Assembly: GCA_964016885.1 (NCBI GenBank) | Contig: OZ024740.1 | Coordinates: 140,678,001-140,742,000 of the forward strand | DNA: 64,000 bases | Reading direction: 5' to 3' | DNA from: Eledone cirrhosa | Lineage: Eukaryota | Part shown: one piece after another, positions 37,970-50,549 of the stretch | Layout: each line of letters opens with the position of its first letter | How positions within the stretch are numbered: position 1 is the stretch's first letter | Made by a program: the position numbers and the translations under genes | Notes under the pieces: model-generated | The model's input: the letters and a program-made list of their open reading frames with translations, nothing else | Database searches by the model: none | Told to the model about the DNA's origin: nothing

Positions 37970-38304
37970 GGAGGCACATGGCTTAGTGGTTAGAGCATTG
38001 GTCTTGCAATCGAAAGGTTGTGAGTTCAATTCTCAGACCGGGTGATGTGTTGTTTCCTTGAGCAAGACACTTTATTTCACATTGCTCCAGTTTACTCAGC
38101 TGTAGAAATGAGATGATAGGGACTGGGGTCCATATCATTCCACTGTAGAGTGGTCGTGGAGGTGCCACGGCAAAAAAGTACCCAGCACTCACTGTAAATG
38201 AGGTTGGTGTTAGGAAGGGCATCCAGCTGTAGAAATCAAGCCAGAATCAGTTCCCGTCCCACCCTTGCAAGCAGGGAAAAGCGGACATAAAATGATGATG
38301 ATGA
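37970..38304 (+). mobile_element. SINE family A, full-length copy
   Basis: tRNA-like head (GGAGGCACATGGCTTAGTGGTTAGAGC...GAGTTCAATTC), central CCTTGAGCAAGACAC core, 3' end matching the RTE terminus and (TGA)n. Confidence 0.92.
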
Positions 38305-41300
38305 TATATATATATATATATATATATGACACATTTCTGCAGTTTCTCTCTGTTAAATTCCAGTCACAGGACATTGGTCAACCTGAGGCTATAGTAGAAG
38401 ACACATGCCAATGTCTCATGTGTGACAGCAGGACTGAACCTGGAAACACATACAACCTCCTCAAACTTGGCCTGAATACTTGCAAGAGTAAATTCCTCTA
38501 AAGGCACCCAAGTGCTGTGGTGATATTAAATTGGATAATGAATTAAGTCTACCACCCAAGTAGGCCACAGTGAGATTTGAACTGAAAACACAAAGAGCTG
38601 GATCGAATACCACAAGACATCTTATCCAATGTTCACACAATTCTATCGATCTACTACCTTGGATTGATACTTTATTTAAGCTCTTTCATAAATAATAAAA
38701 TCTGTAAAAGATCTGTATCTCCATCGTGGAATAAGATAATTTGTGTGCATGTACCATAATTGTTTCTAATTTAGGCACAAAGCATGTCAGCTATTTGGAA
38801 GAAGGAAGGATATGTCCATTAAACTGACCCCAGTACTTGACTGGTACTTTATTTTATTGACCCCTGAAGAATGAAAAGCAAAGTTGGTTGTGGTAGGATT
38901 TGAGCTTAGAACATAAAAAGCCAGGTATTCGTCTGACACTCTAATGAATCTGCTACCTTGCTAACCTGTGTGAGTGCATTATGTATTATAATGTAAAGGA
39001 GAAAGCTAGTCATTAACTGATTTTCACATTTACAATTAGAAGTCTTTCTATAGCTAGGTGTCTTACACATTGGTTGCTTTTTTAAAATTTCTTTTTGTTA
39101 GTTTAGAGAAGGTAAGACAAGCAGAATTAATTACTTTGAACATACAGTGTAGCTCATTATAACAATCCCTTAACAGGAGAGGCAGTCAGTGAGGCATGTA
39201 ATATGCCACAATCACTTGATGTGGTATATAGACTTATGACTTGGACTGGCAGAAACACTGAGATGTGAAGCAGACACTCTCGCCTCTGTCTATGTAAAAA
39301 TATAATCCATAAAGATTTTTTAAAATTTGGTAATGGTAAGGAAAAAAAAATGAGAGGAACACAAATGGATAGAGGAAACAAAGGCAATACATATGTACAT
39401 GTATGTACATATGTATTGCTACAGACTGACAAAAGAGAAAAAAAACAAGGAGTAGTGTTGAAGTTGAAATAAGGTTCTGTAATACAAAGCTGTTTATTTT
39501 AAAGTGTTTATATTCATCTAAGAATGTTCTATCATAATTTTATTTAAGAACCTTTGTTAAGTTAGGGCAGCTTAAGAAAGTTAGTCAGATAACAATAGTT
39601 TTTTTTTATTATACCGATACTATGTAATATGACAGCTGCAGCTTGATAATATCTTTCTCCCACATACTGGTAATTGGTGTGGGTCGGTGGTTGGTTTATG
39701 GAATATAAATGTCAGAAAATATGGATGATGTCGGAGATCTAGTATAGATGTTTAGTTTATAGTTGGCTTTCATTTTCTCAGTAAATTGTTTGTGGGTTAG
39801 TACAACTGGTGTTTTTATTTCGTGGATTGTGTCAGGTTTGTTTTAGATGTATTTATATTCAAGTTTTGGTGTTTGTCTTATTTACATATGTCATAACTTG
39901 ATACCGTGTGGACTGAAATCCCCATTGGCAGACCCTGACAATAAATGTCCCTTAGTGGATTAGGCTATTATTGCATTTAATCATGATCATGGATAATTTT
40001 AGATGTATTTACGTTTATATTACTAAATCCCTCTAAATTCTTGATTATTTTCAAAATCAGACAATGCCTTTCATGGTCAATGTACCATACGCTGAAAGCA
40101 ACAAAGCTGGGACTACAAGATTGCAAAGCAAACTTCTTAACCACTTGGCTATTCTTGCGAAAATTCCTAACTGTTCACTTAGAAATGATTGGGTTGCTAT
40201 TTTGATTGGAACCTTTCAGGTCTAAGTGTTTCTAATCTTAAGAATTTTCAACTCTATAAAGAAAAATGGGAAGGTAGTTGACACACTTGATTGCCATATA
40301 TAATGAGATAATAGATAGAAATAGAGTAGGTGTGAGTGTGGGTAGTGGTAGTGGTGGTGATGGTGGTAGTGGTAGTATGAAAAGAACAACATCTGTAACA
40401 TAAAAGAAAGCTAGCTTCTTCATTCTTTTTAGAGTTCTCAAAACTCTGGCTAAAAATATCATGTGTTAGGTTATAGAAATAACATGGATATATTTTAGTA
40501 AAGTGTAATAATACATAATGCATACATATATCATATTTTCACCACTTCCCTTTCTATATATGTATGCATATGTGTGTATGTGTGTTCACAAACACCCACA
40601 TATATATTTAAACACACATATAAATTCTCTTCTACTCTCTTTCTCTCAAAACAAACATACGCACATACATACATGCACATTCGTGAAGCGTTTCATATTT
40701 TTACTGTCAGTTTTCTACTTAGAAAATCTAATTGACACTCTACCCACAAATATTGAGTGCTAATTCAGTTAATGTTTGAATGTTTTAAATACTACATTAT
40801 TTTCAAATGTACATTCTAACACACACACACATATTCATTATTATGCCATAATAAAAAATACTTCAGTATTGAGTACTCATTCTCCTGTCCATCAATATCA
40901 CATGGATGGATGGATATATATATATATACACACCTATATATAATGATTATTTTTATTAATATCATCATCATTAGTATTATTATAAGAGATGGTGGGGGAA
41001 ATTGGCAGAATCATTAAGGCATCAACAAAATGCCATGTGATATTTGTTCCAAATGTAACATCTTTGCAAGAAAAAACACCATTAAACTGAAGAAGACTCA
41101 CTCACTTGAAAGATGGCAGCAACTAGCTTGAATCTTTAACAAAATTAATTAAAAACCTCATCCAAGAAATCTCAGAAGAAAATGTCAATATAAGTTCCAT
41201 AAAGAATAATCAGCAAAGAGTTCAAGGCTGTTAGTACTTGGTTGTTGTAGTAACAATGGTAGCAGTAGTGGTAGCTATAGTGGTAGTAACGGTAGATCTG

Positions 41301-41987
41301 AATCGGTAACATTCAATTCTCAGATGATTGCTGAATGAAACATGGTGGGTTTTTTTTATAGTTCACTAATCATTTATCTCCTCCACCGCCACTACCACAA
41401 CAACAGCCCACATACACGCAGAGGCCTGTTACAACTACATTATAGTACAGTTACGGCTCTTGCCATTCTGAGTTCAAATCCCGCCGAGGTTAACTTTGCC
41501 TTTCATCCTTACGGGGTCGATAAAATAAAGTACCAGTAATGCAGTGGGTAATTGCTGGCCTTGTGCCAAAAGTAGAAACAATTATAGTACCAGGTTTCCT
41601 TTGATGAAGCACACAACCTCAACATTATAGACAAAGAATGGTAACAACAGTGGGTATGATGTGACATTCATGCTTTTTCCAGAGTATTAACCTTTATGTA
41701 ATTGTATTTCTAATGAACTACACTCTGTTTCAAAATATTAATGAAGAATTTTGAATGATTTACTAAAATTATTAATTATTTTATTACTAAGTTATTACTT
41801 AACATATGGTTTTTATATGAAATTATGTTGGAAGATTTTCTCATAGACTGTGTAATATCAACTTTGTAGAAAGACCTTACCTTATGATAATGGTGCCTAA
41901 TTGGTGTGACTAAGTACATTGGTACACTGTAAACTCATACTGTGTGTGTGTACTGTGACTTTAAAAAATATTTCTCTTAAATTATAT

Positions 41988-42239
41988 TCCTTTTGATACT
42001 AACCCCCCTGGAACCGCCCCTTATTTTATGAGACATGATTTTTTTTTATTTTAAAGTGTACTATTTAGCTAAAAAAACTTCCACCATAATCTTATATTAG
42101 AACTTTTGTTAAGTTATGTTCCAGCACTAACTTAATAATGAGCTATTACTAAATCTCTTCAAATTCTTGATAATTTGAAATTAATTTGAAAACCACTGTC
42201 AGTGTCTTTCATTAGAAATATGGTAATGAAAGGGTTAAA
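41988..42239. mobile_element. Possible piggyBac-like MITE (CCCTT...AAGGG-TTAA ends)
   Basis: Ends ...GGTAATGAAAGGGTTAA. Similar termini at ~55307 (TTAACCCTTTTGATA) and ~57139 (GTAACAAAAGGTTAA). Confidence 0.4.
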
Positions 42240-42897
42240 TAAGAAATAAATGTAAAACCTTTTACTCTAGAGATGAAACATTAATTTGAATATTTACATC
42301 TATTCCTGTGGGTCATAAGAGGTGTCTGGAAAGGTTCCCAGCCATAAAACATAACCTCAAAAGTTTTGCCTTACTCTTGCCAGTATGGAAAAGTAGAGGT
42401 AAAAGTGATAATGATGATAATGACATGATGTTTCATCATTGGTCTAGTGAATTAGAAATCAGAATATTATTACCTTTAGTTTAGAAATAAGGGAGTTGCT
42501 GGTTTAAATATACTTTGATACTATGGAAATATTCAGAAATCAGATAATTCTTCTACACATCTGTTACTGGTACCATGACAGAATTCCTACTTCAGCTCAC
42601 CCTGTCCAGGATTGCCATCTGAAATTCCCTTGCCTCCAGCCCTTTGTCATCTTCAAGAACATCCTTCAGTATGATGTTTGGTTTCCTAACTCATCTGCAA
42701 ACATCTGGTTTCCAGAAAAGGGCTCTGCCAGTATATTAATTGTGACATTTCTCATGTCCAGCTAATGCAAGCCTCTGTCACCTTATGATGTCAGAAAGGC
42801 GAGGATATGAACCGTAGAGGTACTTAATACTGATTAGAAATAAAGCCAATTAAAAAGCAATGTAGATGTAAAGATCTACAAATCTTTTCATTTCTAG

Positions 42898-43095
42898 AAT
42901 GGTGTTGTTGTTGGTAGTCATGTTGTTGTTGGTGCTAATAGTGGTGGTGGTGTTTTTATTGATAGTGGTGTTGCTGGTGTTTTTGTTGGCAGTGGTGGAG
43001 TTGTTGTTGGTAGTGATGTTGGTTTTGGTAGTAGTTTCGTTGATAGTGGAGTTGGTGGTGGTGGTGTTAGTAGTGTTGCTGTTGTTATTTGATTG
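42898..43095. repeat. (GTT/GTG)n low-complexity tract
   Basis: Degenerate trinucleotide repeat. Confidence 0.8.
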
Positions 43096-43230
43096 ATTTA
43101 TTATTACTGAATGAGAAATCTTTCATCATGAAAACTTTTTAAAAAATCAAGAGAATTAATAATTACATTATTAATGTTTTTCCAGTTTGAAATGATGGTG
43201 ATGGTGAGGATGATGATGATGATAATAATG

Positions 43231-43277
<47 letters not shown>

Positions 43278-44027
43278 CAACAACAATGAAATTAATTATT
43301 TCTAACATTGGTCCAAGCACAGTAATTTGGAAGAAAAGGATAAGTTGATTAAATTGACCCCCAATACTTGACTGGTGCTTTATTTTATCGATCCCAGAAG
43401 GATGAAAGGCAAAGTTGACCTCAGCTAGATTTGAACTCAGAATGTAAAGAGCCATAACTAAATGCTGCAAAGCTTTTGTCCAATACCCTAATGATTCTGC
43501 CAATTCACCACCCTATAATAATGGTTTCTAATTTAGGTACAAGGCCAACAATTTTAGGGAAGGGATAAGTCAATTACATCAACCCAGTATTTCACTGGTA
43601 CTTTATTTTATTGACCTGGAAGGATGAAAAGCTAAGTTGATCTTAGTGGGAAATGAACTCAGTATTTCAACATAGTGAAAGGAAATGGTAAAGGTAGGGG
43701 AACAGATAGAAAAAAAACAAACAAATAAAAACATTGCTTGTGAAATGGAGTGAAAAAAAAATGATTTGATGGATTCCAATTTGAAAGACATTTTCTTTTA
43801 CTTTTTTGTTACCAAGAAAATATAACCAACAGCTAGGACATACATAACAGAACAGTCAAAGGTGGTAGTAATTAGTATTTTAAACTATTTTTAAAGAAAT
43901 TTGCAAAGTTTTTATCCAAACATTCTGTTCCATGTAAAAAACAAAACCAAAAAAACTCATTTTCTTTCCATTTCCTTTGTGTTATTTTACTAAATATTTT
44001 GTTTTTATATATTTCATGTGTATTTAA

Positions 44028-44102
<75 letters not shown>

Positions 44103-45384
44103 TATATAGAGAGAGAGGGGGGAATATATAAATAGTATAACAACAACAACAATAATAATAATAATAATAAAAATAATAATTGTTTCCAGTTTAATCACAT
44201 GGCCAGCAATGTTGGGGGGGGGGGGATAGGAAATCGATTAAATGGATCTCAGTACTTGATTGGTACTTTATTCTATCAATCCTGGAAAGATAAAAGGCAA
44301 AGTTGAGCTCGTCAACATTTGAACTCAGAATGTAAAGAACCATAACTCAATACTGCAAAGCATTTGACACTCTAATGATTCTGTCAATCTGCCACCCTTG
44401 CTTTGTAATTTAAGCACAAGGTCAGCAATGTTTTGAGAAGGGAGGGGAAAGGTGATTAAATTGACGCCCTTTATTTTATCGACCCCATAAGGATGAAAAG
44501 CTAATTTAACCTCTATGGGATTTGAACTCAGGGCGTAAAGCACTGGAACAAATGCCGGAAAGCATTTTGTTCAATACTCTAATGATTCTGCCAATTATTA
44601 TCTTTATAATAATAATAATAATTTTCTTTTTTGAAAACGATTGACAAGATCTCAGACCTCATCAGCTTACCGAGTGGGGTGGACCGTGTTAAATTGGATC
44701 AAGGAAATAATGTTTCTATTGGTCTTTCCATTGCTGATACTATCTACCGGTCATAAATAACTCTTAGCACAAAGAGCAATATGAAATAAATTGTCTTGCA
44801 GAAGGTCATAACGCATCGCCTGGTCCGGTAATCTAACTCGCAACTTCACAATTGTGAATCCAATTCTCTAACTAAGCCACGCGCCTTCACACATAATCAT
44901 AATAATAATGGTTTCTACTATAGACACAAGGCCAGCAATTATAATAATAATAATAAACAATAATAAAAATAACAATTGGCTTCCTATTTAGGCACAAGAG
45001 CCAGGAATTTAGAAGAGATGTAAACAAGAGATTGTGTGGTGGTATTCAGCCAGAATCCAGAACCAGCTGGCTGGCAGACCTGGCTTACCAGAAGCTTACT
45101 TCATGTTCTGTGGAGTAATAATAATGATAATAATAATATTATTAATGATTTTTTTTCTTTGCTGTTCTTTAATAATAATAAAATAACAATAATTGAGGAT
45201 ATGTTATGGAATGGAGAGAGGTGGCATATTTTATTTTTATTGTTAATGGTTTTGTTTGTATTTTTTTAGGAGGAAAGGGTGTGGTTGGGGGTTGGTATGG
45301 GAGGGGGACAGGACAAGGTGGAATATAATGAAGAAAGTCACATGGATAAAAAAAAGGAAAAAGACGAAGAACAAACAAGGTTGG

Positions 45385-45533
45385 TTATTCTAAGACTAAA
45401 CAGCCAGATATGTTGTCACGGAGATATTGACATAGATCTGCCGTGGCACTGTTACAATTTGTCAGCTCCAACTCCTCGAGGTTTCGAAGATTCACCAGTC
45501 CACAGAGCCCATGACTTGTTACTTGTGAACAAC
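45385..45533 (-). CDS. FBXL16: F-box/LRR-repeat protein 16, last coding exon
   Basis: Acceptor ttcaattcaacAG; reads (G)CSQVTSHGLCGLVNLRNLEELELTNCNSATADLCQYLRDNISGCLVLE*, matching the vertebrate FBXL16 C-terminus as recalled (LEELELTNCPGA...CLVIE). Phase 1 fits the upstream exon. Confidence 0.9.
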
Positions 45534-45548
45534 CTGTTGAATTGAAAG

Positions 45549-47531
45549 AAATAATGATAATAATAATAATAATTTCTTTATTATTGGCCACAAAGGGCCG
45601 AACATAGAGGACAATACAAAGACATGGGGCAGTGGGGATTTACATATATTCGAGTAAAAATTATAAACAAAAACAATTAACAAAAAATATCAACAACAGA
45701 ATTCCCCAATAGGATGGGGCGGGGGGCATACCACCCAGGGATGATGTTAGGAACCTCACAAATCCCAACTCACCCTCATCTCCAAGAGCACCCTGGGGGG
45801 TGCCTCTCTCTCTCTCCATCCTTCCAGCCTACAGGCGCATGATCAGAGTGGGTCCATTCACACGGGCCATCCTCGCAGCAATCACCCACCTTTTAAGAAA
45901 TGATCTGGGAGGCAGCATTTCTCTCCCCATCCTTATCTTCCTTTCCAAGTAGAACTTGAAAAAGTTGATGAAGGCTTAGCCAAAGAGGAAAGTGTCTGTC
46001 TGCAGACCTTTCAGTCATGTCCACCATACAACCTCTTTTGTTACAGCTATCAGACAGGAAAATTGCCTGCTCTTCCCGACCAAAAGAAGGTGGTGGGGCG
46101 ATCTTCACTATGGACTCGGTCAATAGCCAGATCCGTCCCACACGTGACAATAGTTGTTCGACATAACTCCATAAGTCAGCAATACATGGGCACTGGATGA
46201 GTGTGTGCAAACTGGTTTCATTGATCTGCGCGCATCTCGGACAGCTCCATCTGACAATACTACTGTGCCTATAGAGTTTATCTTGAACCGGCAGGGCTTT
46301 CTGGAGGGATTTCTGGAAATTGTCCATAGTCCCTGACTCAATAGTCCTCCAGAAAAGACTGGCTAGTTCGTTCTTGTTGATGCCTAGAGCCTCTCTGAGA
46401 GCGTTGACGCACTTTCCCACCACTAATCCTCTATAGAACATTTGAATGGAAGTTCCACTGACCGCATTTCCAGCCTGGTGGAGGGCAGTAAGTGCCTGGC
46501 AACATTCCAGATGCCAGTCGCCCAGTCAAAGAGACAAGCTGTGGAAAGGTCCATCTGACAAACAGTGACCACACCTGTTCACTATTTAGGCAGAATGTCT
46601 GGAGATGCCGCAGCCTCAGCAGATGCTTGCGCATCATTAGCCCTGGCATGCCCAGTCCTTCATGTAGAGGGTGCTGACTGCAAATGGACTGCCTCACCAA
46701 CGGAACCTGTCCTCTCCACAAGAAGTTGAAGGGGAGCCACTCCAATTTGGTGAGGCACGAATAGGGGCAAGGCACAACAGTCAGGCGGTAGTAGATGATG
46801 GATGCGATGTACGCATTCGCCAGCCCTGCCTGAACTTTCAGGGAAAGCTTCCTCTTGGCCCATTTCTGGGTGAGTGTGGCTACCCTGATCATCACCTCGT
46901 CCCAATTCTTATCCACTTAGAGGTCTGGTCTGAACCAAACCCCGAGCAACTTTACCGGTCCGTCCAGCACCTGACGACGCTGTTGATCGGCATGGACTTG
47001 CCTCTCCAGGTGCTGAGTTGCAAGCCCACTGACTTTTGTGGGTTTAGTTTCGCTCCTGTCAACTTTTCATATTCCTCCAATAAGGTGCCGACCACCTCGA
47101 TTTCCAAGGTGTTCAACACCATCATGGTGATGTCATCCGCGTATGCTGACACAGCCCTTCCGCGTCCTGGTTCAAGTAGGATGCCCTGCAACAGCTCCAG
47201 CTTCCGCAGTAAAGTCTTGAGAGTCAATACATACAGAATGGAGGAGGGGAGGGGCATCCTTGACGGACCTATCGGGAGATTGGAAACAGTTCCGAAAGGT
47301 GGCCATTAACTTTGACCACCAAGCAGATGCTGCTGTGCATTGCAGCAATCCAGCCTCTGAAGACGGGACTGAAGCCGTCTTCAGAGGTATCGATGATCAA
47401 CCCTATCGAAAGCTTTTGATTGATCTAAATTGATCAGAGCCCCACCCAAGCCAGGTTTACACCCTACCCTCTCTATGATGTATCACATGAGGCGGAGGTT
47501 GTCGTGTATGAACCTGGTCGGGATTGCACAA
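45549..47531 (-). mobile_element. 5'-truncated, decayed Tx1/L1 LINE related to the 1-5638 element
   Basis: Homologous ORF2 remnants (SAYADD, DKNWDEV, MDNFQKSL, CPRCAQ), same CCCTT(T)GTGG...AATAAAGAAAT terminus and (TTA)n tail. Confidence 0.92.
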
Positions 47532-49736
47532 GATTTGAACTCAGAACATAAAAGGCCCGAGCAAATATCACAAAGCATTTGATCTAATAATAATTGTTTC
47601 TACTTTAGGCACAAGGCCAGCAATTACCAAGTGCATTACTGGTACTTTATTTTATCGACCCCGTAAGGATGAATGGCAAAGTCAACCTCGGCGGGATTTG
47701 AACTCAGATCGTAAAGGGACATAACTATGCTGGAAAGCATGGCGTCCGACCCTCTACTGATACTGCCAATCCACCGCTAATAATAATAACAGCTATGTAG
47801 TTAAGAAGTTCACATGGCTTAGTGGTTAGCATATTGGGCTGGTGATCATAAGCTTAGGAGTTTGACTCCTGGGCTGGAGAGCACTTTATTTCATGTTGCT
47901 CCAGTCTACATTGGTGGTGTGAAGAGGGGAGACTATCATATATGGACAATTGTTAGTCTTCAGCAAAACATTGCCCAGGCTTGCACTTTGGAGAAGAACT
48001 TTCCAGGTGCAACCACATGGTCACTCATGATCAAAAGAGGCCTCTTACTAAGAAGTTCCCTTTATAAATCATGTGGTCTTGAATTCTATGGAGAGGGTGG
48101 TGATAGCTGTTCACTGTTGGTTGATTGATGTGATCAGAACATGGAAAAGTAAGCATCATATTGTCTATTGGATAAAAGACCATTTCTTCTTCAGCATCTG
48201 GTATTCCATAAGAGATGTTATGTACTCAACACTGGTCAATACACAGTCACCAGTGGTCTTTCTCTGTGACAAGGTGAGCAGCTTCATTAAATTTAACATT
48301 TCATCCATAAGGCCCTGAACTATTGATGGAGTTGTAGGAGTAACGTCATGACATGCAGTATGTTTTAGATATTTAAAACCTGGGGGTTCCAGTTTCTCCA
48401 AGTATGAATACAACTGATTATTTAGAGAAAGTGAAAGAGAAACTGATGAGGAATTGACCTCAGTCTTTGACTGGTACTTTATTTACTGCCCGCAATAAGA
48501 TGAAAGGCAAAGTTGTAAGGCATTAGAATATCAAATAGAATGCTTTGTGATATTTGTTCCAGCTCTCTGCTCACAGAATTCAAAGCTTATCAAGGTCAAC
48601 TTTGCTAAATCTAACATTACAATATAATTGTTTCTACTTTTGGCACAAGGCCAGAAATTATCCCAGTGTATTACTGGTACTTTATTTTATCGAACCCGTA
48701 AGGATGAAAGGAAAAGTTAACCTCGGCGGGATTTGAACAATATAATGATGTACATCTTTTACAATAGCATTTTGTTGTTGATAGTGTTGGCAATGCTGAT
48801 ATTTATAAGGGAAGTGATGGCAGCAATGCTGCTGCTATTAATGATGATAATCATTATCATCATCATACACATGACATATTTATGCTGCTGCTGTTGTTGT
48901 TGTTGCTACCTTCCCTACAATACAGAATCAATTAAGGGAGAGAAATACTAGTTGTAGGAACATTACCTTGTTAATAGCTGAATGCAAAACACATTCCCTC
49001 ACTCTAATACACACATATCTATATACACACATGCTCACATACATAATCTCATATGCACACACTTCCAAATCACATCCACTACACACACTCCTAAATGCCC
49101 ACATGCGCAAATGCACCCCCCGCCCCCACATGCTCACACTTATAAACACTCCCGTATATACATATACTCCCATATACACATTCTCCCCCTCACATACTGC
49201 ACACATACACATACATGCACACTTTCACATGCTCACACACTTACACATACATGCACATACACATGTGTACACATACACACACATGTTCATATACACGGAC
49301 ACACACACAGACATATGCAAACAGATGCTATAGCAACGTCCACAAAGAAAGATATCCATATGGCTGGCTGTTGCATTGAGAGTGAAACCAAACAGTGGTG
49401 TTTACATATTTGGATAGCTATGTCTCTCACTCTCCCTCTCCTGGGGCATTTTTCTTTTCATTACGAGACATTTCCTACTAACTCCCTCTCTCCCTCTCTC
49501 TTATCATCAATCAAAGACACAGCAATTAGTGTAATTTAGTTAGACAACAGCAATGGTCAGGCTACCATTTTAGATATTCCATACAAATGCCCTGAAGATA
49601 GTATTGTGTTGTGCTGGCTTTTATTTTCATTTTTGTTTGTTTGTTTGTCATGTTCATGTCATACAACATAGTTAAATCAACATAGACAAAAAAAAAAAAT
49701 AGAAACACATACATATATGGAAAGATGGCTGTTAAA

Positions 49737-49778
<42 letters not shown>

Positions 49779-49861
49779 TATTTATGCTTGTATGTGTTTA
49801 TGTGTATATATATATATATATATATTTGTAGATATAGATATTTATACTTAAGTATGTATAT

Positions 49862-50518
49862 ATAAGAGGGATCAGTTGTTGCATGCAGGAGAAGAGATTG
49901 CGTTGGTATGGACATGTGATGCGTATGAAGGATGACAGTTGTATAATAAGGTGCAGAGTGCTCAAAGTCGATGGTAGCCGTGTGTGGGCAGGCCTAGGAA
50001 GACTTGGGATGATGTAATAAAAGCTGATCTTGCACAATTACACCTATCAAAGGCAATGACACAGGACCGCGACCTCTGGCGCTATGCAGTTTTACAGAAG
50101 ACCCGCCCTCTATTATTCTCAGGCTGAGGCTTATACCTAGTAACACCTTCTTCAATCTTCTATCCCCTCTCATTCACCTCCCTTAGCAGTAATCATACTT
50201 AACCTACAATCCTGTCCACATTTTCCCCAAGCTTCCCCCCTCCCTTGTACCAAGACAAAAGTGCCCAGGTCCCACTGTAAAATGGTTGTGTCGGTGACAG
50301 GACAAAGGTGCCCAGTCCACACTGTAAAGTGGTCATGTAGGTGACACGACAAAAAGCACCCAGCACACACTGTCAATGTGGTTGGTGTTAGGAAGGGCCT
50401 CCAGCCATAAACACTCCTATATGAGTGAACACGGTCACCTGATCCAACTTGCCTCTAAATGGGACAAACTCGTCTAACCCATGCTAGCGTAGAAGATAGA
50501 CATTAATCGATGATGATG

Positions 50519-50520
<2 letters not shown>
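49862..50520 (+). mobile_element. RTE LINE 3' end (long-UTR subfamily)
   Basis: Homologous to 36178-36860. Confidence 0.85.

Positions 50521-50545
<25 letters not shown>

Positions 50546-50549
<4 letters not shown>

Noticed and set aside
37970-38045. tRNA gene
   Set aside because: tRNA-like head of a multi-copy SINE; no complete acceptor stem.
39890-39950. Hammerhead-like remnant before AATAAA
   Set aside because: The CTGANGA core is absent.
48073-48413. Possible extra FBXL16 exon
   Set aside because: No LRR similarity, and the two identified exons already join in frame without a gap.
48928-49539. His/Thr-rich ORFs
   Set aside because: Degenerate (CA)n/(TA)n microsatellite translation; the same applies to the YIYI/poly-His ORFs elsewhere.
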